Assembly: GCA_015233405.1 (NCBI GenBank)
Contig: JADFXT010000013.1
Location: 1-59,125 of the forward strand
Origin: Candidatus Omnitrophota bacterium
Lineage (GTDB): Bacteria > Omnitrophota > Gorgyraeia > Zapsychrales > Zapsychraceae
Direction of reading: 5' to 3'
DNA: 59,125 nt
In this document: positions 47,663 through 56,698 of the stretch, in pieces
How positions within the stretch are numbered: position 1 is the first letter of the stretch
How the letters are laid out: each line of letters opens with the position of its first letter
The notes under the pieces: generated by a model
The model's database searches: none
Told to the model about the DNA's origin: nothing
What the model saw: only the letters and a program-made list of their open reading frames with translations
Made by a program: the position numbers and the translations under genes

Positions 47663-48277
47663 TTAAATCTTCCGTCGTTTAAAGAATGCTCCGAATAAAC
47701 CTGTGCCGAACAAAATTACCGAGGCTGGTTCTGGTATTGCATTCGTGGTTTCCACCCTTAAAGAAACTCCCTTATTCCAGTAATGGCAATCCGGATCAAA
47801 TCCAAAACCGAAATTACCGTCAGCATCAAACAAATTAAAACGATCAATTTCACTCTTGGAAAACAAACAGCTGTAATCTTCGACATGCCCGCGCGGACCA
47901 CCATCTTTATCCGTATAAGTATCGAGAAGAATGTCCGAAATATGTTTATTTTTAGCCCATCGCGCCACACCATCTCCGCTCGACGGGGTATCTCTTTTAA
48001 CAATTAAACCAGGACTTACTTTGTCCAGAAGGTCTATGTAGAGAACATTCTTTTTATTGTTCCAGTTATTAATATCATCGATTTTTAACGTTATATTTTT
48101 TACCGTCTCTCCCGTTACCGGTTTCCAATTAATACCCCAAAGGTAATAGTTATAATGATCCAGGTCAAATAGATTAGCTTGGCGCGGAGTGAGCTCATAA
48201 ATCGTAGCAAAAGCCTGCGGAATTAAGAAAAGTAAAAATAATGTTGCAATTCCAAACAATAGTACGGTTTTTTTCAT
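47663..48277 (-). CDS. Secreted PEP-CTERM sorting-domain protein
   Basis: 204 aa. Signal peptide (LFLLFLIPQAFA) and C-terminal tail AIPEPASVILFGTGLFGAFFKRRKI. Confidence 0.9.
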   Translation of the reverse strand: MKKTVLLFGIATLFLLFLIPQAFATIYELTPRQANLFDLDHYNYYLWGINWKPVTGETVKNITLKIDDINNWNNKKNVLYIDLLDKVSPGLIVKRDTPSSGDGVARWAKNKHISDILLDTYTDKDGGPRGHVEDYSCLFSKSEIDRFNLFDADGNFGFGFDPDCHYWNKGVSLRVETTNAIPEPASVILFGTGLFGAFFKRRKI

Positions 48278-48326
48278 TGGACGCTCCTTTTTAATCTGTT
48301 TTTTAAAATACTCCTAACATAATAAC

Positions 48327-48342
48327 AGCAACTTTTATGCCA
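48327..48342 (-). promoter_or_regulatory. Sigma-54 (-24/-12) promoter
   Basis: The minus strand reads TGGCATAAAAGTTGCT. GG and GC spacing is correct, with TGGCA and TTGCT boxes. It lies about 50 nt upstream of the ATG at 48277, which has the SD AAAGGAG. Confidence 0.65.
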
Positions 48343-48411
48343 CACTTTCCAATAGCACAACGCGCTGGGATTCAATAGTTTACGTTTTAGAGTATTTACA
48401 GGGGACTGGTG

Positions 48412-48456
48412 AAAATGTTTAATTTATATAACACCGTCTAATAATTTAAACATTTT
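48412..48456. promoter_or_regulatory. 11-bp perfect inverted repeat AAAATGTTTAA / TTAAACATTTT with a 23-nt spacer
   Basis: Read directly. It lies 70-115 bp upstream of the 48327-48342 promoter. The half-site ATGTTTAA is shared with the dyads at 20509 and 45930. Confidence 0.35.
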
Positions 48457-48516
48457 TCACAGAATCGAATAAAAGGAAAGTTTATTTTGCCGTAGGCTTT
48501 AACACACTTACAAACA

Positions 48517-48556
48517 TAAAAAAGGCCCTCAGTAACAAGACTACTACTGAAGGCCT
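48517..48556 (-). terminator. Rho-independent terminator of the lipoprotein gene
   Basis: The minus strand reads GGCCTTCAGTA-loop-TACTGAGGGCC (1 mismatch) followed by TTTTTT. Confidence 0.7.
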
Positions 48557-48572
48557 TCTTTCTATAAAATAA

Positions 48573-48917
48573 CTAAAGGCCCCAAAAGGCATCATGACAT
48601 CGGTTTTCTTTAAAAAGCTCAACTTTGCGAATGGTTTTTAATTTTTTATCAGAAGCGCCAATTGTTAGAACATACACGCCCTTGTTTGGGCCATTATTTA
48701 TTTCATAAGACCATTCTTCACCGCCCCCGCTTGAAGCGGTCGCCGTTTTCCCCCACAATGTTAAGATTTCATTTTCCGTCATACCTACAGCGATCTCCTT
48801 GCCATCTTCATTGGTAAGCGAAGAAAGAAGCTTAATATCTTTGCGAGACAATTCATCCTGACAGATACACCCACCTAAAATAAGAATTAAGAAAACTAAC
48901 ATAAAAACTTTCTTCAT
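48573..48917 (-). CDS. Small lipoprotein of unknown function
   Basis: I trimmed the start to MKKVFMLVFLILILGGC (lipobox LGGC) at 48917. The mature protein is about 95 aa. Confidence 0.6.
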   Translation of the reverse strand: MKKVFMLVFLILILGGCICQDELSRKDIKLLSSLTNEDGKEIAVGMTENEILTLWGKTATASSGGGEEWSYEINNGPNKGVYVLTIGASDKKLKTIRKVELFKENRCHDAFWGL

Positions 48918-48980
48918 ATTTTCCTCTCCGTAACTAAGCTCAGGAAATGCTTGAATTATGAGGACAGACATAAAATTCTG

Positions 48981-49027
48981 GAAACACGTACTTTATTCCA
49001 TCCTATTTAGTACGTGCCCCCGGAATT
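48981..49027. repeat. Hairpin repeat element, copy A (also a likely terminator of the DenV-like gene)
   Basis: CACGTAC (48985-48991) pairs with GTACGTG (49010-49016). The 3' part GTACGTGCCCCCGGAATT (49010-49027) matches 49412-49429 at 17 of 18 positions. Confidence 0.7.
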
Positions 49028-49028
49028 C

Positions 49029-49358
49029 TTACACCCTGCACTCGCACCCCTTGGCCTTGAGCCGCTTTATCTGCTCGCGTTTAGGAGTAATGAGCACGGC
49101 CTGCATACGTTTCCCGACGGCAAGGCGCTTGTCTAAAGGACTCAAATGGCCATAGCCCCGGCGCTTCATTTCCGCAACAAGTTCCTCATGACGTAAAAAA
49201 AGCGCCTTAAGTTTTCCCTTCCACCGCAGCGTTTCCGGGTGACGGGAATAGCCCTTTCGCCCTTTGGTGATGACGACCCAGATCGCGTGAAGTTCACGGT
49301 GCTCACCGAGCAGATGGTTTCGGCACAATTTTCGTGCAGCGATGTCCCAGATACGCAT
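49029..49358 (-). CDS. Pyrimidine-dimer DNA glycosylase (T4 endonuclease V / DenV-like family)
   Basis: 109 aa. MRIWDIAARKLCRNHLLGEHRELHAIWVVI ... GYSRHPETLRW is the family-typical N-terminus. It is visibly GC-richer than the EPS region. Confidence 0.75.
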   Translation of the reverse strand: MRIWDIAARKLCRNHLLGEHRELHAIWVVITKGRKGYSRHPETLRWKGKLKALFLRHEELVAEMKRRGYGHLSPLDKRLAVGKRMQAVLITPKREQIKRLKAKGCECRV

Positions 49359-49382
49359 AATATTTTCTTATCCAAAAATTAT

Positions 49383-49429
49383 GGGGACATGTACCGAACT
49401 CTCTTAATCAGGTACGTGTCCCCGGAATT
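49383..49429. repeat. Hairpin repeat element, copy B (also a likely terminator of the glp operon)
   Basis: GGGGACATGTACC (49383-49395) pairs with GGTACGTGTCCCC (49411-49423), a 13-bp stem with 1 mismatch. On the minus strand it is followed by ATAATTTTT. It shares GTACGTGYCCCCGGAATT with copy A. Confidence 0.7.
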
Positions 49430-49500
49430 TGTCGCCGGATTTTTTAACGTAGGGGCAGACATGCCGTGCCCCTACAAAGCCAGCAATCTCACCCTAAATC

Positions 49501-49854
49501 CTAAGAATCTCTTGTGGCAATAAGATCAGCATCTGTATCGAGAAAATTTTTAACAATTACATCCCCTACTTTAACCGCTTGTGTGATCTTGAGCTTTTTG
49601 ATTTCATCAACGGCAACCATCATAAGCCTTTTGGGAATAGCTTGACTTGTTTTAACAGGGACCATCTTTAAAGACAACCCTTCCGCAAGCACAACCGATG
49701 TCAAAATCCTCGTCGGATTTTCGATCTCGGCCAAGGCATATTTTTCGCCTTTCGGGCACTTAAAACCTTCCACTGAAACCGCCTTGCCATCCTTAACATC
49801 AACACACAACCGGCATCCATTAGGGCATTCGATACAAGTAAATTCTTTCTTCAT
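49501..49854 (-). CDS. DUF1667-domain protein (accessory subunit of the GlpA-like dehydrogenase operon)
   Basis: 117 aa. An N-terminal Cys cluster (FTCIECPNGCRLCV) is followed by the conserved LTSVV ... PVKTS pattern. Confidence 0.75.
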   Translation of the reverse strand: MKKEFTCIECPNGCRLCVDVKDGKAVSVEGFKCPKGEKYALAEIENPTRILTSVVLAEGLSLKMVPVKTSQAIPKRLMMVAVDEIKKLKITQAVKVGDVIVKNFLDTDADLIATRDS

Positions 49855-50828
49855 AACTTCCCCCTGATATATTCCGCTGCCATTTTTCCGGCGAGAATGC
49901 TGTCTTTAGTCACCGAATCCGCCAGGTCATAGATCTGATATGCATTACCGCAAACGAACAGCCCATCAATTGAAGTCTGATTCACTTTGTCCGATACCGG
50001 CGTATTTGTTTTTTTGTCCATCACAACGCCCGCCATTTCGATAAGCTCGTTCTCTGGAATAAGCCCGGCGGAAATCAGCACGGTATCACACGCAATTTCA
50101 AATTGAGAACCCGCAATTTCACAAAAATTTTCATCTACGCGCGCCACATCCACTTTTTCCACCCTGTCTTTTCCGTGAATCTTTATTATCTTGTGGCTTA
50201 AATAAAGCGGAATATCAAAATCATTAAGGCACTGGACCACATTTCTCACGAGCCCTTTACTTACTTTCTGAATTTCAATAACGGCTTTGACATGTGCGCC
50301 TTCCAAAGCCATGCGCCGCGCCATAATTAGGCCAATATCACCGCTTCCGACGATAACGACCTCCTTGCCCGGCAATAATCCTTCGATATTGATCAATTTT
50401 TGCGCGAGCCCTGCAGAAAATATTCCAGCCGGACGCGTGCCTGCGATATGTGCCATTTCCCTCGTGCGTTCACGGCAACCCGTCGCCATAATGATGGCCT
50501 TGGCCTTGATCTCATCCATCCTCCCGGGGCTCAATGACGTTAACACTTTTTTTCCGGTTAATTGTGTGACAAACGTTTTTAACGAGACCTCAATATCTTT
50601 AACGGCTGTGATTTTCTTGATAAACCTGTCGGCATATTCCGGGCCGGTCAAAATTTCCTTAAAATACGTCAGTCCAAATCCGGGATGGATACATTGATTA
50701 AGAATGCCACCTAAAAACTGGTCACGTTCAAGAAGTAAAATATCTTTAACGCCATGTTCGTGCGCGGAAAGCGCCGCAGCCATGCCGGCGGGCCCGCCGC
50801 CTACCACGATCAGATCGCGTTTGATCAT
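49851..50828 (-). CDS. FAD/NAD(P)-dependent pyridine nucleotide-disulfide-type oxidoreductase
   Basis: I trimmed the start to MIKRDLIVVGGGPAGMAAAL at 50828, which overlaps the upstream stop as ATGA. A second dinucleotide fold is VVIVGSGDIGLIMA. Confidence 0.8.
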   Translation of the reverse strand: MIKRDLIVVGGGPAGMAAALSAHEHGVKDILLLERDQFLGGILNQCIHPGFGLTYFKEILTGPEYADRFIKKITAVKDIEVSLKTFVTQLTGKKVLTSLSPGRMDEIKAKAIIMATGCRERTREMAHIAGTRPAGIFSAGLAQKLINIEGLLPGKEVVIVGSGDIGLIMARRMALEGAHVKAVIEIQKVSKGLVRNVVQCLNDFDIPLYLSHKIIKIHGKDRVEKVDVARVDENFCEIAGSQFEIACDTVLISAGLIPENELIEMAGVVMDKKTNTPVSDKVNQTSIDGLFVCGNAYQIYDLADSVTKDSILAGKMAAEYIRGKL

Positions 50829-52294
50829 ACTTTTCGTTCTCCCATTACGACAATAGACCCTCGCCCTCGCTTGGTTAAAGCGGTGACAGGCACTTTCATT
50901 TTTTCCGAAAGTATTTTTAAAATTCTCGTCGTACAAAATCCGCCGTGACACCGGCCGGCCTGAGCGCGGGTCCTGAATTTTATGCCGTCAAGGGTTCGAG
51001 CGCCCCGGTCAATAGCATCTTCAATTTCCTTTCTCGAGACCATCTCGCAGCGACAAACAATATCCCCATACCTCTCATCTTCTTTAATCAATCGCTTCAT
51101 TTTCTTTCGATCCGCCTTAAAAAGATGCACGGTCTTTTCCCGGAACTTATTAAAAATCTTTTTCTTTTGAAGGCGGCATCCGTTATTCTTTAAAATATCG
51201 ACGACCATCAAAGCGATCGCGGGAGCAGCGGTCAACCCAGGCGATTGAATGCCGGCGACATTAATAAATCCCGGCACTTTGGGTTCATGACGGATAATAA
51301 AATCGTCTCCGGCGACAGGCCTTAGGCCCGCAAAATACGCAATAATGTCATGACCGTTAATGGACGGGACCATGCGCTTAACGAACGACAAGACCGTATT
51401 TAAACCTTCCTCATCCGTGGCTCGGTCTTCTTTATCGTTAACACTTTGAGCAGTCGGCCCGACCATGGGATTTCCGTCGGACGTCTTGATCACCAAAACG
51501 CCTTTGGACTCCTTAGACGGCAAAGGAAAAATAAGATGATTGGTCAGATTCTCGCGCTTCTTGTCTAAAAGAAATTCCTGGCCCTTGCGCGGCGTGATCG
51601 TAAAATCATCAACACCGACCAGCTTCGAAATCTCATCTGCAAAAAGGCCGGCGGCATTGATGACAAAACGCGACCGATAAATCGATTGAGTGGTAGAAAT
51701 TTCAAAGGGAACTTGCGCATTCTTTAAGACGTTGATTTTCAAAACCTTATTATCTGTGAAAATCTCGACGCCATTTTTCGCCGCGTTCTCGGCAAGATCA
51801 TACGTCATCCGATACGGACTAATAATTCCGGCGGACGGGACATAAAGCGCGGCGACAATATCCGGGCTTAAATTCGGCTCATTTTTAGAAAGCCAGGCGC
51901 GGTCCACAATTTTCATTTTCGCTATCCCAAAACGTTTCGCCTCTTTCTGAATGTCTTTAAGATGCTCAATATCCTCGTCGTTAAATGCGACGATGAGCTC
52001 GCCGACCTCTTTAAAATCAATCCCTAATTCCTTGGCGATCTTGCGGATAAGCTTGTTGCCTTTAACGCAAAGTTTCCCCTTTAAGGACCCGAATTTATTC
52101 TGCGTCCCGGGATGAATAATTCCACTATTGGATTTGGACACGCCAAAGGCAAGTTCTATTTCTTTCTCGAGGAGAGCGATCGTTAACCTGTATTTGGAAA
52201 GCTCACGGGCGATCGCGCAGCCTACCACGCCGCCGCCGATGATAAGAACATCGTAAATAGTATTGTTATTTGGAGAGGGTTTTATTAACGGCAT
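50825..52294 (-). CDS. FAD-dependent glycerol-3-phosphate dehydrogenase-like oxidoreductase with a BFD-like [2Fe-2S] domain
   Basis: 489 aa. YDVLIIGGGVVGCAIAREL (DAO fold) and C-terminal CRCEMVSRKEIEDAI ... AGRCHGGFC. It sits directly downstream of glpK. Confidence 0.8.
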   Translation of the reverse strand: MPLIKPSPNNNTIYDVLIIGGGVVGCAIARELSKYRLTIALLEKEIELAFGVSKSNSGIIHPGTQNKFGSLKGKLCVKGNKLIRKIAKELGIDFKEVGELIVAFNDEDIEHLKDIQKEAKRFGIAKMKIVDRAWLSKNEPNLSPDIVAALYVPSAGIISPYRMTYDLAENAAKNGVEIFTDNKVLKINVLKNAQVPFEISTTQSIYRSRFVINAAGLFADEISKLVGVDDFTITPRKGQEFLLDKKRENLTNHLIFPLPSKESKGVLVIKTSDGNPMVGPTAQSVNDKEDRATDEEGLNTVLSFVKRMVPSINGHDIIAYFAGLRPVAGDDFIIRHEPKVPGFINVAGIQSPGLTAAPAIALMVVDILKNNGCRLQKKKIFNKFREKTVHLFKADRKKMKRLIKEDERYGDIVCRCEMVSRKEIEDAIDRGARTLDGIKFRTRAQAGRCHGGFCTTRILKILSEKMKVPVTALTKRGRGSIVVMGERKV

Positions 52295-53759
52295 TCTGCC
52301 ATCCTGAATAACACTGTAAAGAGGATTCCCGGTTCATCTTGGGACTAAAAATCTTGTCCTTCATCCAGCATTTCATAATATCATTGGTGTTTTTCCAATA
52401 TCCGACCGCTAAGCCGGCCAAATACGCTGCGCCCAAAGACGTAGTTTCGATGGTTTGGGGCCTGACAATAGGAACGCCTAAAATATCCGCCTGGAACTGG
52501 CAGAGAAAATCATTCGCCGCCGATCCACCGTCCACCTTAAGGCCTTTGACTTTTAACCCGGAGTCTTTCTGCATCGCCATTAACACATCTTTGGTTTGGT
52601 ACGCCATGGCCTCGAGCGCGGCGCGGGCCAAATGTTTTCTGGTCGTTCCCCGCGTTATCCCGACGATCACGCCTCGCGCGTCCTGGTCCCAATAGGGCGC
52701 GCCTAAGCCCACCAACGCCGGGACAAAATAAACGCCTTCATTATTTTTTAAAGACAGTGCCATCGCCTGCGTCTCTTTCGCGCTTTCAATAATCCTTAAT
52801 CCGTCGCGGAGCCATTGAATAGCCGCGCCCGCGATAAAGACAGCCCCTTCAAGCGCATAGACGGGCTCTCCATTTTTGCCGCAGGCAAGCGTTGTAATAA
52901 GCCCATGTTTTGATATCGTCCTTTTCGTTCCCGTATTCAGTAAAATAAACGCGCCGGTGCCATACGTATTTTTTATGTCTCCGGGGGTAAAACACGTTTG
53001 GCCAAAAAGCGCGGCTTGCTGGTCTCCGGCGATGCCGGCAATAGGAATTCCGGCGGGAAGATTTCCCGTCTTGACCGTGTGGCCAAAAACACCGGACGAT
53101 TGTTTCACTTCAGGCAAAATGCTTTCTGGAATATGGAACTCTTTCAAGAGGTCCTTGTCCCAAGCAAGACTCTTGATATTAAATACCATGGTCCGCGAGG
53201 CGTTCGTATAATCCGTGGCATGGACTTTCCCTCCGGTCAGTTTCCACAAGACCCAGGCATCGGTCGTGCCGAATAATAACTTTCCTTGTTGTGCTTTCTT
53301 AAGCGCGCCTGGGACATTTTTTAAGATCCACTCGATCTTTGTCGCCGAGAAATAAGCGTCAATGGGCAAGCCCGTTTTTTCTCTGAACAATTTCTCCACG
53401 CCTTTTCTTTTTTTTAGCTCATCACATCGGCGGGAAGTCCGTCGGCACTGCCAGACAATAGCGTTATAAACAGGACTACCTGTCTCTTTGTCCCAAAGGA
53501 CCGTGGTCTCGCGCTGATTCGTAATACCGATAGCCGCGATGGCGCTCGGCGAAACTCCGTCTAAGACTTTCTGGATCGACTTGTAAACGCTATACCAAAT
53601 TTCGTTGGGGTCATGTTCGACCCAGCCGGGCTTAGGGAAGTACTGCGGAAATTCCAGATACACATTCTGGACCGCCATCCCTTGTTTATCATAAAGAATG
53701 GCGCGGGTTCCCGTCGTACCCTGGTCAATAGAAAGAATATATTGTTTAAGATTTTTCAT
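52266..53759 (-). CDS. glpK: Glycerol kinase
   Basis: 497 aa. YILSIDQGTTGTRAILYD, GITNQRETTVLWDK, GDQQAALFGQ and KVDGGSAANDFLCQFQADILG are all canonical FGGY/GlpK blocks. Confidence 0.93.
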   Translation of the reverse strand: MKNLKQYILSIDQGTTGTRAILYDKQGMAVQNVYLEFPQYFPKPGWVEHDPNEIWYSVYKSIQKVLDGVSPSAIAAIGITNQRETTVLWDKETGSPVYNAIVWQCRRTSRRCDELKKRKGVEKLFREKTGLPIDAYFSATKIEWILKNVPGALKKAQQGKLLFGTTDAWVLWKLTGGKVHATDYTNASRTMVFNIKSLAWDKDLLKEFHIPESILPEVKQSSGVFGHTVKTGNLPAGIPIAGIAGDQQAALFGQTCFTPGDIKNTYGTGAFILLNTGTKRTISKHGLITTLACGKNGEPVYALEGAVFIAGAAIQWLRDGLRIIESAKETQAMALSLKNNEGVYFVPALVGLGAPYWDQDARGVIVGITRGTTRKHLARAALEAMAYQTKDVLMAMQKDSGLKVKGLKVDGGSAANDFLCQFQADILGVPIVRPQTIETTSLGAAYLAGLAVGYWKNTNDIMKCWMKDKIFSPKMNRESSLQCYSGWQNAVNKTLSK

Positions 53760-53780
53760 AAAGATATCGTTAGTATACCA

Positions 53781-54737
53781 TCAACCAAGATACTCAAAAA
53801 TCTTATTATAAACAATTTCCGTCTTGGCATGCGGCTGAAGAGGATCGATGATGTCGTGGTCCATTTTTAAACTTTTGGGGAATCGAACCCACAAAACCTT
53901 TGCCCCCAAACGTTTCCAATCATTTATTAAATTCTTTGTCGCCGCAAGGTCAACCGCCTTATCCCCGTCGTTGGTCATCACAAGGATATTCTGGGCCAAC
54001 GGTTTTTCACGTCGAGCTGTGCGCAGGACAGACAGCCCCAAACGCATGATTTGGCCAACACCGCGCAAAGAAAAATGAAAATACATCGAATATGGAAACG
54101 GATGCTTATCTTTCAGGCGCGGGTCCCACCAACAAAATGTATCCGGCAATAACGCAATCAAATTAATGGTCGCTTGAACACTCCCAGGAAGAAAATACCA
54201 GGCAAAACTCGGGTCCAGAATGACCGCCGCATGGATCTTTAAGCGGAATTGCGCATTAAAGGCTGCCATCACACCACCCATGGACAACCCCAAAATTGTG
54301 ATCTCTTCTCCTAGACCACAAGCGATATCGACGGAAGAATCGCAAACTTCCAGCAGGTCTTTAATGCTCAATCGCCTAATCTCTTTGGTCAACCTGTCAT
54401 TAATACCGTGATACGGCACCCTCGGGACATAAACGTTATACCCGCGGTCAAAGAATGCCTTGGCCAGCTGTTCATGCTGGCGCGGGCAATTGGTGTATCC
54501 ATGATAGAGAACAGCGACGAGCTTGGTCTTGTGCCCATGAGTTAAAATGATCGTATGCCCGTAATCCGCGATCGGAGGAATTTCTGTGCGAATCTTGTCT
54601 TCAATACGGCGCATGCTTTCTTCATAACTCTTGGATGGATTTGGATGCGGGCGCAAAGAAGCTGTCTCAACCGGCATTGTCTTTAAAATTACGGCGAGAA
54701 GCGCGATGAGAAACACTATCAAAAGAAGGACGATCAT
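53781..54737 (-). CDS. Membrane-anchored alpha/beta-fold hydrolase
   Basis: 318 aa. N-terminal TM helix and nucleophile elbow GLSMGG. Its start overlaps the upstream gene's stop as ATGA. Confidence 0.7.
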   Translation of the reverse strand: MIVLLLIVFLIALLAVILKTMPVETASLRPHPNPSKSYEESMRRIEDKIRTEIPPIADYGHTIILTHGHKTKLVAVLYHGYTNCPRQHEQLAKAFFDRGYNVYVPRVPYHGINDRLTKEIRRLSIKDLLEVCDSSVDIACGLGEEITILGLSMGGVMAAFNAQFRLKIHAAVILDPSFAWYFLPGSVQATINLIALLPDTFCWWDPRLKDKHPFPYSMYFHFSLRGVGQIMRLGLSVLRTARREKPLAQNILVMTNDGDKAVDLAATKNLINDWKRLGAKVLWVRFPKSLKMDHDIIDPLQPHAKTEIVYNKIFEYLG

Positions 54738-56602
54738 CTTGTTTTTAGTATATCACTATTCCCGGGAGCAAATCCCTTTATCCAAAAAAGAAAAGTGGCG
54801 CTCCGACCGCCTTCTCTCATCACAATAGTTTGCGGATGAAAATTACGCTCAAATTCCTGGACGAGCGGCATGAAATTCGGCTTAGGAGCCTTGACGAATT
54901 CTGCAGCCTCAAAAGGACCTGCCAAAATCCAATCATATGGATATTGATCAGATTCCTTTATTGCTTTAGTCATCTTGAGAGCACTTGATATAATTTTAGT
55001 CATTACTCCAGATCTTGCCGCCTTTATAGCAAACCTTTGGGCGTATAACCCGTTTGGCTCAATCACCAAAGCCTTTAATCCATGTCCAGGATTTGGCAAC
55101 TGTTCTATCAACGAAGCATAAAGCTCTGACTCATACCACTTTTCTTTGAAATTCCAAATTTCTGAGAAACTTGGAGACAGTTTCTTTGCATCCTTCCGAT
55201 TCCAAACAAGAACGCCACGCCCAAGATGCCCACACTCTGATAATGTAACTGTGCAATGAAAGATCGATACAATTACAATCAGAAAAACTCCAACTTTGTG
55301 TACAGGAAAAATATTGTTTCTCAACCTGAGCATAACGACCAGACTCATCAACGCCAAAACAAGCGCCTCAACTTGATAAACTCGAGAAGTGTTATCATTA
55401 GCAAATGAAGCAATAAAAGGATGAATAAAAATAGACCCAAAGATGGCCACCATCCAATAGGCCTGTTCGGGAATTTTTCTCGTCCTGTCCCGAGCTACAA
55501 ACCACATAATAACCGCAACCAAACCCAAAAAGAGAAATACGCTCATCGAATAGCTGAAAAAATCCGTCCAAAATTTAGTAAGAATAAAAGCAAACCCTTG
55601 TCCGGGCTTAAATGAGAACATTGAATCTGGAGGGCCCTCAAAAGATGCATGGTGAGCCCATCCGTAGATAGCCCTAATAAATGGTAAATCCCATAACACG
55701 ATTATAGAAAAAGCCGCGGCATAAAATGAAATCCATCCGCGCCAGGAAACACTCTTAATTGATGCGATCCAAAGCAGGATCGCCAATACAAAGGCGGAAC
55801 ACGTCAAAAAATAAAGCATCCAAAGAGGAGCCCTTGCCGGATAAATTAGCACACAATAAATAATACTCAGCACCAACACGCCCAAAGAAGGAAGACAAAT
55901 AAAAAGCGCACCGGAAGGAATTTTCTTCTCTCTCAAACAAAGACCGAGAAAGATTAATCCTGCGGGCATTAAAACAAGAATAGCCTCGACGGGCCTGATG
56001 GCAAAAGCCAAACCAGCACCTAACCCTGCCAAAAAAGAATATCTGGCAAGAGTAAAACTTTTCGAACGATAGACATAATAAACCGTTATAACAGAGGTGA
56101 GAATAAATAACGGTTCGCACATGAAAATCAACATTGACCGGTTAACCCATGGCAAAGTTCCTACCAAAAGCAGAGTCACACATAGCTCTAACGGAGTCAA
56201 AAAATCCTGAAGCAGCTTCCGAAGGAAAAACAAAATAAGGAATAAAACAATCGCTGAATAACAGTTAAGCAACAATAAAAGCGGCGCCTTGGGGAAAAAG
56301 GCAAATAACGGCAAAGCAACTACAGGAAGAAGAACCGGCCGCCATCCGCGAACGATATACGCATTATAGATCCAAGCAACAGGATCTCCCCCATCATGCT
56401 TGGCTGAATTGATGATATCCAAGACCGTCTTCAAATAATCACCAGAATCATCCAGCGGAAGGCAGGTCACTTGACGAGTTCGAATCCAGAATAAGAACAG
56501 CGGAATTCCAAAACTAGGAATGAATAAAGCGCATTCCCGGGCAAGAGTGAAAAAATTTGCGCCAAGACAATTAAAAATTTTTATCTTATATTTATTTAAC
56601 AT
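54734..56602 (-). CDS. GT-C-like polytopic membrane protein (ArnT/PMT-like), paralog 1
   Basis: 622 aa with about 12 or more TM helices. An acidic first-loop motif (PLDDSGDYL) is followed by GWRPVLLPV. There is a C-terminal soluble domain of about 150 aa. The family call is by eye. Confidence 0.55.
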   Translation of the reverse strand: MLNKYKIKIFNCLGANFFTLARECALFIPSFGIPLFLFWIRTRQVTCLPLDDSGDYLKTVLDIINSAKHDGGDPVAWIYNAYIVRGWRPVLLPVVALPLFAFFPKAPLLLLLNCYSAIVLFLILFFLRKLLQDFLTPLELCVTLLLVGTLPWVNRSMLIFMCEPLFILTSVITVYYVYRSKSFTLARYSFLAGLGAGLAFAIRPVEAILVLMPAGLIFLGLCLREKKIPSGALFICLPSLGVLVLSIIYCVLIYPARAPLWMLYFLTCSAFVLAILLWIASIKSVSWRGWISFYAAAFSIIVLWDLPFIRAIYGWAHHASFEGPPDSMFSFKPGQGFAFILTKFWTDFFSYSMSVFLFLGLVAVIMWFVARDRTRKIPEQAYWMVAIFGSIFIHPFIASFANDNTSRVYQVEALVLALMSLVVMLRLRNNIFPVHKVGVFLIVIVSIFHCTVTLSECGHLGRGVLVWNRKDAKKLSPSFSEIWNFKEKWYESELYASLIEQLPNPGHGLKALVIEPNGLYAQRFAIKAARSGVMTKIISSALKMTKAIKESDQYPYDWILAGPFEAAEFVKAPKPNFMPLVQEFERNFHPQTIVMREGGRSATFLFWIKGFAPGNSDILKTR

Positions 56603-56698
56603 TGCTTGGTCCTTGTTTTTATTAAACTCTCCTCACTCGCTTTGAAGGAAACATGTGTAAACTCACTGATCACAAAAAAATTAATTAAAACAAAATAC

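Noticed and set aside
48981-49429. Integron cassette or transposon interpretation of the DenV-like unit
   Set aside because: The window has no integrase, no transposase and no terminal inverted repeats typical of IS elements. The flanking elements are direct copies of a hairpin and work well as terminators. I keep it as an unexplained repeat-bracketed gene and do not call it a mobile element.
49440-49480. Hairpin AGGGGCA-N9-TGCCCCT as the glp operon terminator
   Set aside because: On the minus strand it is followed by an A-run, not a U-run. The stronger 13-bp hairpin at 49383-49423, followed by AUAAUUUUU, is the better terminator candidate.
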